NCBI GenBank assembly: GCA_964627755.1
Contig: CAZVIH010000004.1
Location: forward strand, 50,855 to 114,854
Length of the DNA stretch: 64,000 nucleotides
Direction: 5' to 3'
Origin: an uncultured Anaerolineales bacterium
Lineage (GTDB): Bacteria; Chloroflexota; Anaerolineae; Anaerolineales; UBA11858
Within the stretch, counting starts at the first letter, position 1, and each line of letters opens with the position of its first letter. Shown one piece after another: positions 46,416 through 55,586 of this stretch. The notes below the pieces were generated by a model. That model saw nothing but the letters and a program-made list of their open reading frames with translations, was not told where the DNA came from and searched no databases. The position numbers were made by a program, and so were the translations under genes.

Positions 46416-48165
46416 TATCTCCCTGAGATTTCAATACAATTGCTCTTCCAGATTTACCATCAATTTTAATACCTAATGGGGATTCTAACTCTATATGCCT
46501 AAGATAGGTTGTTTTTTGGATTTCTTTTTGTTCACTCAACCAGGACCAATCGAGTTGATACTTCCCTGTTTTTGGCAGGGAGATGTAGCTCACACCAAGA
46601 CTGGTAAGATTATGGAAAAAATGGGAACCCTGGCTCATATCCGCACTGAGTCCTTCCTGGTAAGTTTCTATGATCACTCGGGAACCAGAGATCTGCCCCC
46701 AATTGACCGGGATACCTAACCAGGGATCGGAACTTCCCAACCGGCCAAATACGATTAACAAGAAAGGTGATCCTTTCCCAACTAGTACCTTGTTGATCTG
46801 TTCCAGTTCCTCAGCTATCTCGCGGGTTTTTTCTAACGCAAACTGATCGGGGAGCACATAAACGATGTCCTTGATATTCTCTATTAGGCCGTTGCCCAGA
46901 GCATTCTCTGAAGCGGCCAGGGCGTTTTGATCTTCAAGATCTTCCTGATTTACTCGCACGTTATCTGATGATACAACCATGGATCGGACTTGCAGCAACC
47001 CCAGTGAGGGGGGAGAGAAGGTCATTGCAAACTCGATTTCCACCGGATTCTGGAGCTGGTCCTCACAGATCCTGACCAATTCCTGGATCAATTTATTCAG
47101 AGAGAATTTATTAAGCTGAAGCAGGGGAGCAAAATTAAGCACGCGAGGGCCCGGATTGGCCATGCCAATCTGCAGCCGGTCTGCCTGGGGATCGTATGTG
47201 GAACATAATTCTTTCAGGGTTCCATCCCTTTCGGCAGTGGACAGATCTCCCCTGACAAGATATTCGGTTTCCTGAATTGGGTCGTAGATCAATGGCGAGC
47301 CCATATTAACTGCCCAAAATTCTCTCTGGCTGTTTTTCAGGAGTTCGTTTGTTGATCCATAGGGTGGAGCGATCTTAGGATAGGCAGGCGAGTAGGTCCA
47401 GGAGAGACCGCCATCCACAATGGTTTTGCCCAATCCCAGGGCCAAGCTAACCACACCATCCTCTGGTTTAGCTCTGCCAACGGGATAAAAATTATAGGAT
47501 CGGGCAACTCCGGACAAATCCGGATAGAACCGTACATGGTGGCGGGAACCGTGAACATTTTGAATGATCAGAGCCATTTTCTCTTCACTGTGATCGTGGC
47601 CTGTTGCATTCCGATAACTTTTGGCAGCTTTGAAGAAAGTTGAGGCATAAACGAATTTCATTGCCTCGGATAATTTCCGGAACCGGAAATCAGGGTCGAA
47701 TTGCTGATTGGGGATCATCTTGGTGGTATAGATTCCCGCAAAAGGTTCATAGGTGGCATCTTCCAGTAAACTGGATGAGCGGACAGCAATTGGATTGCGG
47801 ATTTCTTCGACCAATGAACGAAGATCGCCAAGAATATGGAATGGGAGCTCGGCATGCTGGAAAGCATGGGCAATCTGGTCATCTGTATGGTCCGAATCTA
47901 TGTATTGATACAGATCATTTTTCTCCAGAAAGGCATCAAATACATCAGTGCCGATCACCACTAGATTTGGAACAATGACCTGGATCTCTGGATACGCTTG
48001 GAATAAATCACTTGAAGATAACAGGTGCTGCAGAAAAACCAGCCCCTGGGCTTTTCCCCCTATTGATCCCGATCCAATAATCCGGATATCATTATCCGGA
48101 TTATTGGTATTTCTTAAGTATGGGATTGGGTTTGGAGATGTCACACTCCCGGATCGGGTTTTCAT
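46408..48165 (-). CDS. PEP/pyruvate-binding (PPDK_N-like ATP-grasp) domain protein
   Basis: 585 aa. GSIGGKAQGLVFL, IAVRSSSLLEDATYEPFAGIYTT, VEIEFAMT...LLQVRS and QGSHFFHNL. Overlaps the downstream gene by 8 nt. Confidence 0.75.
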   Translation of the reverse strand: MKTRSGSVTSPNPIPYLRNTNNPDNDIRIIGSGSIGGKAQGLVFLQHLLSSSDLFQAYPEIQVIVPNLVVIGTDVFDAFLEKNDLYQYIDSDHTDDQIAHAFQHAELPFHILGDLRSLVEEIRNPIAVRSSSLLEDATYEPFAGIYTTKMIPNQQFDPDFRFRKLSEAMKFVYASTFFKAAKSYRNATGHDHSEEKMALIIQNVHGSRHHVRFYPDLSGVARSYNFYPVGRAKPEDGVVSLALGLGKTIVDGGLSWTYSPAYPKIAPPYGSTNELLKNSQREFWAVNMGSPLIYDPIQETEYLVRGDLSTAERDGTLKELCSTYDPQADRLQIGMANPGPRVLNFAPLLQLNKFSLNKLIQELVRICEDQLQNPVEIEFAMTFSPPSLGLLQVRSMVVSSDNVRVNQEDLEDQNALAASENALGNGLIENIKDIVYVLPDQFALEKTREIAEELEQINKVLVGKGSPFLLIVFGRLGSSDPWLGIPVNWGQISGSRVIIETYQEGLSADMSQGSHFFHNLTSLGVSYISLPKTGKYQLDWSWLSEQKEIQKTTYLRHIELESPLGIKIDGKSGRAIVLKSQGDND

Positions 48166-48174
48166 CTATCTGTA

Positions 48175-49461
48175 TTATACCCACCCCCGGGCCTTACAGG
48201 CCTTTGCCACACGGTCAACAGAGATCATATAGGCTGCATCGCGCATATAGAGTTTATTTTTAGTTGCAAACTTGCTAACATCAAGGTAGGCGTTGGTCAT
48301 TTTCTGATCCAGTTTTCCAAGGGTTTCTTCCTTGGCCCAGTAATAATTCTGGTTGCTCTGGACCTGCTCAAAGTAACTGCAGGTGACTCCGCCGGCATTG
48401 GCCAGGAAATCAGGGATTACATGAATGCCGCGGTCTTTGATAACCAGGTCGGCTTCAGGTGTGGTGGGCCCATTAGCCCCCTCGGCGATTATTCTAACAC
48501 GCTTCGAAATTTTATTGACAGTCTCACCGGTGATTTGATTTTCCAGTGCAGCCGGGACCAGCAGCTCAACATCTTGTTCCAGCCAGGCCTCACCGGGGAG
48601 TAGTTCAAAACCCAGATCCTGGGCTTTGCTTTTGTCGATCTCTCCGAAATGGTCTGTTATAGCCAATAGCTGTTTCAGGTCAAAACCATCTTTTTTATAG
48701 AAGGAATAGGCTTTTTGTTCTTTCTGGATCCAGCAGGAAACACAGATCGGGGTGCCGCCCATCTGCTGGTATAAGTCGATTGCATACTGGGAAACATTAC
48801 CAAAACCCTGGAAGCTGGCAGTTGTTTTGTGGAGATCGATGCCCAGTTCTTTCATTGCTTCGCGAACGGTGATCATCACGCCATATCCGGTTGCTTCAGT
48901 TCTGCCCAGTGAGCCTCCCATACCGACAGGTTTACCGGTAATAAAACCGGGGTATTTTGCACCGCGGATCGCTTCAAATTCATCAAGCATCCATAACATA
49001 TGCTGGGAATTTGTCATTACATCCGGGGCAGGCACGTCAGATAGAGGGCCTACGTTCTTTGCGAGCTGTCTAATCCATCCCCGGCATAATCTTTCCTGTT
49101 CCAGGAGGCTGAGGTCATGGGGATCACAAATGATTCCGCCTTTTGCTCCACCAAGCGGGATATCCACCACTGCGCATTTCCAGGTCATCCACATCGAAAG
49201 GGCTCTGACGGTATTGATTGTTTCCTGGGGGTGAAAACGGATCCCACCTTTTCCTGGTCCCCTGGCATCATTATGCTGCACCCTGAAACCCCGAAATACT
49301 TTTACCTGTCCATCATCCATCCGAACAGGAATGCTGAACTGGTATTCCCGCAATGGAACTCTTAATAAGTCCCTTGTTGCCTGATCCAGTTCAAGTAATT
49401 CGGCAGCATTATCGAATTGCTTTTGGGCCATCACGAAAGGATTGTAAGATATGTCTTCCAT
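48175..49461 (-). CDS. gdhA: glutamate dehydrogenase (Glu/Leu/Phe/Val dehydrogenase family)
   Basis: PLGGAKGGI with the catalytic Lys, and the GFGNVSQ dinucleotide fold. Confidence 0.9.
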   Translation of the reverse strand: MEDISYNPFVMAQKQFDNAAELLELDQATRDLLRVPLREYQFSIPVRMDDGQVKVFRGFRVQHNDARGPGKGGIRFHPQETINTVRALSMWMTWKCAVVDIPLGGAKGGIICDPHDLSLLEQERLCRGWIRQLAKNVGPLSDVPAPDVMTNSQHMLWMLDEFEAIRGAKYPGFITGKPVGMGGSLGRTEATGYGVMITVREAMKELGIDLHKTTASFQGFGNVSQYAIDLYQQMGGTPICVSCWIQKEQKAYSFYKKDGFDLKQLLAITDHFGEIDKSKAQDLGFELLPGEAWLEQDVELLVPAALENQITGETVNKISKRVRIIAEGANGPTTPEADLVIKDRGIHVIPDFLANAGGVTCSYFEQVQSNQNYYWAKEETLGKLDQKMTNAYLDVSKFATKNKLYMRDAAYMISVDRVAKACKARGWV

Positions 49462-49567
49462 ATTTGTGCCTTACCTTAAATAGTTTAATAATTCCGAGTT
49501 CAAAAATAACCTCATCTAGGGGAAATAATATGCCAAATTCTCAGGATTAGAAGGTTACTTTCATCTT

Positions 49568-49600
49568 AAAAAAAAGACCGCAATCAATATGATTGCGGCC
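49568..49600 (-). terminator. rho-independent terminator of the ferritin gene
   Basis: Minus strand reads ggccgcaatcatattgattgcggtc followed by TTTTTTTT. Confidence 0.8.
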
Positions 49601-49627
49601 CTTTAACTTGAGTCTTTAATGATTTGA

Positions 49628-50137
49628 TTACTCTTCTTCCACGACGGGCGCCTGGCGTTGACCTAACTCTCGGTCGAGCATCAACAAGCCTTGTTCAGAA
49701 CCGCTGACGCGTTTGATATCCTCAACAACGCCTCCAACATGTTCTTCTTCTTCCACCTGCTCATCGATAAACCACTGGAGGAATGAAAGGCTGGGATAAT
49801 CTTTCTCTTCCACAGCCAGGGCATAGAGCCTGTGAATATCTGCGGTGATCTTCTGTTCATGGCCTAAGGAAGTTTCAAATGCAACCAGAGGTGAAGCAAA
49901 CTCAACCGGGGGTTGCTCAATGGCCTGCAAGCTAACCTTGCCTCCCCGACTGTGGATATAGTCATAAAACTTGAAGGTGTGGATCATTTCCTCATCAAAC
50001 TGCATTTTCATCCAATGCGAAAATCCTGGATAATTCTCACTGGCGAAATAGGCTGCCATAGATAGATAAATATAGGCAGATTCCATCTCATGATGGATTT
50101 GATCGTTAAGGGCTTTGTGCATTATTTTTGTTAACAT
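49628..50137 (-). CDS. ftn: ferritin (non-heme, ferroxidase di-iron site)
   Basis: 169 aa. LNDQIHHEMESAYIYLSMA and FDEEMIHTFKFYDY are typical ferritin helices. Confidence 0.85.
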   Translation of the reverse strand: MLTKIMHKALNDQIHHEMESAYIYLSMAAYFASENYPGFSHWMKMQFDEEMIHTFKFYDYIHSRGGKVSLQAIEQPPVEFASPLVAFETSLGHEQKITADIHRLYALAVEEKDYPSLSFLQWFIDEQVEEEEHVGGVVEDIKRVSGSEQGLLMLDRELGQRQAPVVEEE

Positions 50138-50187
50138 AACTACCTCCGAAATTGTTTTGTAAAATATATACCTTTACTCTATATCAA

Positions 50188-50215
50188 ATTATAGGACAGG
50201 AGAGTCCTATTGCAA
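50188..50215 (-). promoter_or_regulatory. ferritin promoter with operator-like inverted repeat in the spacer
   Basis: Minus strand reads TTGCAA (50215..50210), a 16-nt spacer, then TATAAT (50193..50188). The inverted repeat ataggac-N6-gtcctat (50191..50210) fills the spacer. Confidence 0.5.
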
Positions 50216-50468
50216 GCTGATTTATCACAGAGATTTATAAGAAATGCTGGAAAATTTCCGCTAAAAATACTCAAGATAATCATTAACTTTATTCAGTGGA
50301 ATGAAGTGTTAATCTCCTATATAATCGCCTGCTGGGGCTGAAATCAGCCCTCGCTGTGTTAAAATTAAAATCAAAATAATGCTCCGGGGAAAGAATTTCC
50401 TGTTTGGAGGAAGACAAATATTAATTACACTCTCATATTGAGTGGATTTAAGGATAGGTAGACAAGTA

Positions 50469-53024
50469 ATGCCGGTAACACGCTGGAGTGCAGAGTTAAT
50501 AGAATTGCTGGAATGGGCCAGCCGCGAGGATCTCTCCCTGGACGATATCTTCCTGGGATCGGTGATACCCAATTTTGATGAAATTGATGAAAATGAGGAA
50601 GTCAACCAGGCGGAACTGATTGGCCGCATCCCCTCTGAACTGCCAATTCTTCCTTTAAGAGGACTGGTTGTATATCCTGAAACAGCAGTGCCTTTATCTA
50701 TTGGTCAGCCCAGATCGATCCGCTTGGTGGATGATGTGCTCTCAGCTGATGACCGGCTGATTGGGCTGGTGACTTCAAAAGATCCTCAAAACGAACTGCC
50801 CGGTCCGGATGATCTATACCGGGTCGGGACGGTGGCGTCTATCCACCGCCTGTTTCGGGCTCCAGATGGAACAATCCGACTTTTGGTACAGGGGATTACC
50901 CGTTTTACTATTCAGGATTTTGTTCAGGTAGAACCTTATCTTAAAGCCAAAATCAAACTTTCTCCTGTTAAGGTTGAGCGTGATCTGGAAATTGATGCCT
51001 TAACCAGGCAGGCCAGGGATCAGTTTTCGGAGATCACAAACCTGGTTCCCCTGGTGCCTTCGGAACTTGTGGACGCTGTAATGACTCTGGATGACCCCCT
51101 CCAGGTGGCATATACTATTGCAAATTTCCAACGTCTGGAATTGACCGACGCTCAGGAACTTCTCGAGCTAGATTCGGTTTCAGAAAAACTACGTAAATTG
51201 GTCAACTTCCTAACCAGAGAACTGGAAATGCTCGAAATTGGCCAGCGGATCCAAAATCAGGCCCGCTCGGAGATCGAAAATGTTCAGAGGGAATATTTCC
51301 TAAGAGAACAAATGAAAGCCATCCGCACTGAATTAGGTGAGGATGAGGATCAGTCTGTAGAAATCGACGAATTCCGGCGTCAGATAGATGAAGCTGGAAT
51401 GCCGGAAGAAGCAGATAAACAAGCCAAACGAGAACTGGACCGCATGACTCGCCTTCCATCCGCAGCGGCAGAGTATGGTGTTATCCGAACTTACCTGGAC
51501 TGGATGGTCTCACTACCCTGGGCAGACATGACAGAGGATAATCTGGATATCTCCCGGGCCCGGCAGGTACTGGATGAAGACCATTATGGATTGGCAGATG
51601 TCAAAGAAAGGATCCTTGAATTCCTGGCAGTCCGTAAACTTCGCAAAGAAAGGGAAGCGGAGTTTAAAGAAGATAATTATATAGATAATATCCGGCAGAT
51701 CCGGGAAGGCGTGATCCTCTGTTTTGTAGGTCCCCCGGGAGTTGGAAAAACATCTCTGGGTAGATCTATCGCCCGCTCTTTGGACCGGGAATTCATTCGC
51801 ATTTCCCTGGGAGGAGTGCGAGACGAAGCCGAAATACGAGGCCACAGACGGACCTATATCGGAGCTATGCCAGGTAGGATCCTTCAGGCCCTACGCCGGG
51901 TTGGCAAGAATAACCCAGTGTTCATGCTTGATGAGATAGATAAACTGGGCCAGGATTACCGGGGAGATCCAACTTCAGCTCTGTTGGAAGTCCTTGATCC
52001 GGAACAGAACAATGAGTTCAGGGATCATTATCTGGAGGTGGCTTATGATCTTTCGAAGGTGATGTTTATCACCACAGCGAATTTGCTGGAGCCTATTCCA
52101 TCACCCCTGCGGGACAGGATGGAAATCATCAAATTGTCCGGATATACCGATAAGGAAAAGAAAGCCATAGCCAAAGGTTATTTGATCCCGAGACAAATCA
52201 GGGAAAACGGGTTGCGGCAAGAAGAGATATCCTTTACTGATCCGGCTCTGCAATTGATCATCCGCTCCTATACAAGGGAATCCGGAGTTCGCAACCTGGA
52301 ACGCGAGATCGGGACGCTCTGCAGAAAAGTAGTAACAAGTATCGCAGAGGGAAAAGTCACAGCTTTAAAGGTTGGAGTTAAAGAAATCGGTGAATTTCTT
52401 GGACGTCCCCGCTATTATGGGGATGAGGAATTGTCCAACCGCACATCGGTCCCCGGTGTGGCGACAGGATTGGCCTGGACATCTACCGGTGGAGAGATCT
52501 TATTCGTAGAAGCAACCTCCATGCGAGGGAAGAATAATTTCCAGCTAACCGGATCGCTCGGAGAAGTGATGAAAGAATCTGCCCAGGCCGCATTATCTTA
52601 CGTACGCTCCAAGGCCGATAAACTGGGATTGGACCTGGATTTTTATCAGGATCATGATATTCACCTCCATGTCCCCGCCGGGGCTCAACCGAAGGATGGG
52701 CCTTCCGCTGGTGTGACTATGGCAACAGCCCTGGTTTCGTTGATCTCAGGCAGACCGGTAAAAGGGAATGTCAGTATGACAGGCGAGATCACCTTACGGG
52801 GACAGGTCCTCCCTGTAGGTGGTATAAAAGAAAAAGTCCTGGCAGCATACCGGGCCGGTTCGACAACGGTCATCCTGCCCAAGAAGAACCAGGCAGACCT
52901 GGAAGAGGATATCCCCCAGGAAGTCAGGGATAAGATCAATTTTATCTTTGTTGAGAATATTGAAGAAGTACTGGAGGCTGCCCTGACCAATAAGAGCACC
53001 CCCAGGAAGAAAAAGGCTTCCTGA
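50469..53024 (+). CDS. lon: ATP-dependent Lon protease (LonA)
   Basis: LPILPLRGLVVYP, GPPGVGKTS, and PKDGPSAG with the catalytic Ser. The start is uncertain (ATG 50469 or GTG 50442). Confidence 0.95.
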   Translation: MPVTRWSAELIELLEWASREDLSLDDIFLGSVIPNFDEIDENEEVNQAELIGRIPSELPILPLRGLVVYPETAVPLSIGQPRSIRLVDDVLSADDRLIGLVTSKDPQNELPGPDDLYRVGTVASIHRLFRAPDGTIRLLVQGITRFTIQDFVQVEPYLKAKIKLSPVKVERDLEIDALTRQARDQFSEITNLVPLVPSELVDAVMTLDDPLQVAYTIANFQRLELTDAQELLELDSVSEKLRKLVNFLTRELEMLEIGQRIQNQARSEIENVQREYFLREQMKAIRTELGEDEDQSVEIDEFRRQIDEAGMPEEADKQAKRELDRMTRLPSAAAEYGVIRTYLDWMVSLPWADMTEDNLDISRARQVLDEDHYGLADVKERILEFLAVRKLRKEREAEFKEDNYIDNIRQIREGVILCFVGPPGVGKTSLGRSIARSLDREFIRISLGGVRDEAEIRGHRRTYIGAMPGRILQALRRVGKNNPVFMLDEIDKLGQDYRGDPTSALLEVLDPEQNNEFRDHYLEVAYDLSKVMFITTANLLEPIPSPLRDRMEIIKLSGYTDKEKKAIAKGYLIPRQIRENGLRQEEISFTDPALQLIIRSYTRESGVRNLEREIGTLCRKVVTSIAEGKVTALKVGVKEIGEFLGRPRYYGDEELSNRTSVPGVATGLAWTSTGGEILFVEATSMRGKNNFQLTGSLGEVMKESAQAALSYVRSKADKLGLDLDFYQDHDIHLHVPAGAQPKDGPSAGVTMATALVSLISGRPVKGNVSMTGEITLRGQVLPVGGIKEKVLAAYRAGSTTVILPKKNQADLEEDIPQEVRDKINFIFVENIEEVLEAALTNKSTPRKKKAS

Positions 53025-53287
53025 ACGGGGTTATAATTAAAAGGTATATTGTATTAAGTTGCGTTGAGGAACAACATATAGAAGACAGAATATTATTACA
53101 ACGGGAAATGGATTCCTTATTTGAGATTGATATGATTCCCATTCAATTTTCCCGTTCATTTGAAATGTCTTTTGTTCCCCCCGTGATGATATAAATAATT
53201 TGAAAGCAGAGACATTAATTATTATGTCTTATTAGGTTGGGTATTCACTATACCCAGACCCTGCACTGCTTCAATAGAGAGGTAATA

Positions 53288-55039
53288 GTGAAAAATCAAA
53301 ATAAAAATACCGGGTTAACCTGGTACACAATGGATTTACATTTACATACACCGGCCTCAGATGATTATCTACAGCCGGAAATTGGCTACCTGGATATCCT
53401 CCAGCAAGCCGCCAAAAAGGGTCTGGATATCATTGCATTTACGGACCATAATACAGTTGCAGGTTACCGCAGAATGCAGGAAGAGATCGATCAGCTAAAA
53501 TTGCTCCAACAGCTGAATCGACTTCTGCCTGAAGAGGAAACCCGCCTGTCTGAATACCAGAAATTGCTGAAACGGATGTTGGTACTGCCCGGTTTTGAGT
53601 TTACAGCCACTTTTGGTTTTCATATTCTGGCTATCTTTCCGGAAGACAAACCGCTCCGGGATATCGAACATCTGCTGCTGGCATTGAACATCCCCTCTGA
53701 TCAACTGGACGAGGGAAGTGTAACGGTAGGCGCGAGTGTGGATGTGTTAACTGCCTATAAATCCATCCATGAAGCGGGAGGTATGGCCATCGCTGCCCAT
53801 GCAAATTCCAATAACGGTGTTGCCATGCGCCGGTTCCCTTTTGGAGGGCAAACGAAGATTGCCTATACCCAGGATCCGAACCTGATTGCCATGGAAGTAA
53901 CAGACTTGGAGAAAAAAGGACGCCATACTACTGCGTTTTTCTTCAGCGGCAATAAACCGGAATATCCCCGACGTATGCACTGCATCCAGGGTTCTGATGC
54001 CCATCTGTTGAAAAAGATCTCAACCTTTCAGAACAAATTAGGTGTAGGAGAGCGAACTACAGATGTTCGGCTTCCAGAGAGAAGCTTCTCAGCGCTGAAA
54101 GAGCTCTTCGAAAGCGACAACTTCTCGCGGACCAGGCCCCATCAGCTCAGTTCTCAGCCTGCCTACGACTTCATTCGTGATGCTCGGGAGGAAGGGGCTA
54201 ACTTTATGCAGGATTTCCACGAGAATATTACCGTCCGGGGCGGACACTTGTATAACATCATCGCTGATGTTTGTGCCTTTGCCAACTCAAATGGCGGGAC
54301 GTTGTACTTGGGATTATCTGCTGAGCCGGGGAAAGCTTTTGAGGGCATTCCCCGTCCCAATCAGGGCATTGAAAAACTTCAATCCGAAATTAGTAAACGC
54401 ATCAGCCCAGAATTAGCCTGTAAATTCGAGGTCCAGGAAACTGAAGGCAAGAAGGTTATTCAGGTCATGATTCCCAAGGGTGATGATCCGCCTTATGCTG
54501 TAGATGATAATAAGATCTACCTGCGCACAGAAACTGAAACGGGCATGGCCGTCCGGGATGAGATTGTGGATATGGTGCTCCAGGGAAAGAAAAAACAACT
54601 GGGTGGAACCGTTGTGACACATGCTGAACCCAAACCGATCTTTAGTTCGAAAGACGTAACGGATACACTAACCGACGATGAGGTTGAAGCGGACGGACAG
54701 GCTCCTCCCCGGACAGGGGTGGAAATTGTCTCAGTGGACAATCGCGGCGGTGAGAATTATTACACGGTCCGGGATCTCCGAAATGGCAGTATGGTGAAAA
54801 ACGTTACCCTTAAATCCTCCCGCAAGTTATGGCATTATGCCATTTCTCAGTACTCAAAATTACCTGCCAATGTTGATAAAATGAATATTACCTGGCAGGG
54901 TGATCTGGGGCTGGTAACCCAGAAGAAAAGGGGTAACTATAACAGTTATGACCTGATCCAGCGCACCAGTGATGGATACCGCCACTATTATGGCGTTACC
55001 GATGATGGGATTCATGACTCCTGGGAAGGTTTGATCTAG
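53288..55039 (+). CDS. PHP-domain phosphoesterase fused to an AlbA_2 (Schlafen-like) putative nucleic-acid-binding domain plus an unknown C-terminal domain
   Basis: [32 protein letters not shown] and IQGSDAH (PHP domain). [18 protein letters not shown] (AlbA_2). Start taken at GTG 53288, 4 nt after GAGAGGT. Confidence 0.65.
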   Translation: MKNQNKNTGLTWYTMDLHLHTPASDDYLQPEIGYLDILQQAAKKGLDIIAFTDHNTVAGYRRMQEEIDQLKLLQQLNRLLPEEETRLSEYQKLLKRMLVLPGFEFTATFGFHILAIFPEDKPLRDIEHLLLALNIPSDQLDEGSVTVGASVDVLTAYKSIHEAGGMAIAAHANSNNGVAMRRFPFGGQTKIAYTQDPNLIAMEVTDLEKKGRHTTAFFFSGNKPEYPRRMHCIQGSDAHLLKKISTFQNKLGVGERTTDVRLPERSFSALKELFESDNFSRTRPHQLSSQPAYDFIRDAREEGANFMQDFHENITVRGGHLYNIIADVCAFANSNGGTLYLGLSAEPGKAFEGIPRPNQGIEKLQSEISKRISPELACKFEVQETEGKKVIQVMIPKGDDPPYAVDDNKIYLRTETETGMAVRDEIVDMVLQGKKKQLGGTVVTHAEPKPIFSSKDVTDTLTDDEVEADGQAPPRTGVEIVSVDNRGGENYYTVRDLRNGSMVKNVTLKSSRKLWHYAISQYSKLPANVDKMNITWQGDLGLVTQKKRGNYNSYDLIQRTSDGYRHYYGVTDDGIHDSWEGLI

Positions 55040-55049
55040 GGATTGATCT

Positions 55050-55562
55050 ATGAGTATAACTTTTGCTATCCTGACAGTATCTGATCGCTCCGCTGCCGGA
55101 ATCCGGGAAGATCTCTCGGGTCCCGCGCTTGGTGAAGCTGTAAAGAGAGCAGGTTGGGTTGTTAATGCGACAGCAATCATTCCTGATGAAATCCAGCTGA
55201 TTGTGGATCAATTGAAAACATGGGCTGATTCAGATGAAATTCAGATCATACTCACAACAGGTGGAACTGGATTTTCCCCCCGGGATATTACACCAGAAGC
55301 CACAGAAACGGTGATCGATCGTCAAACCCCGGGTTTGGCAGAAGCGATGCGGGCTGGTAGTTTGAAGATCACCCCCCATGCAATGTTGTCAAGGGCTGCG
55401 GCAGGGATCAGGGGGAATACCTTGATCATTAACCTTCCCGGAAGCCCCAAGGGCGCCCTTGAAAATTTCCGGATCATCGCTCCCGTTTTACCCCATGCAG
55501 TACAACTACTGGAAAATGACAACCGGGCTGAGGCGAATCATCAACCCGGTCGGGCAGTTTAG
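55050..55562 (+). CDS. mog: molybdopterin adenylyltransferase MogA/MoaB family
   Basis: LTVSDR, TTGGTGFSPRD and INLPGSPKG. Confidence 0.85.
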   Translation: MSITFAILTVSDRSAAGIREDLSGPALGEAVKRAGWVVNATAIIPDEIQLIVDQLKTWADSDEIQIILTTGGTGFSPRDITPEATETVIDRQTPGLAEAMRAGSLKITPHAMLSRAAAGIRGNTLIINLPGSPKGALENFRIIAPVLPHAVQLLENDNRAEANHQPGRAV

Positions 55563-55586
55563 CGTTTTTTATGTTATGAAATCCAG

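Noticed and set aside
50275-50287. Fur box between the ferritin and lon genes
   Set aside because: gataatcattaac matches only one half of the 19-bp Fur consensus (about 14 of 19 overall). It lies about 140 nt from the ferritin start, outside the promoter I identified.
50428-50444. CIRCE/HrcA operator upstream of lon
   Set aside because: Only 5-nt arms (cactc/gagtg) with a 7-nt spacer instead of TTAGCACTC-N9-GAGTGCTAA. This is too weak.
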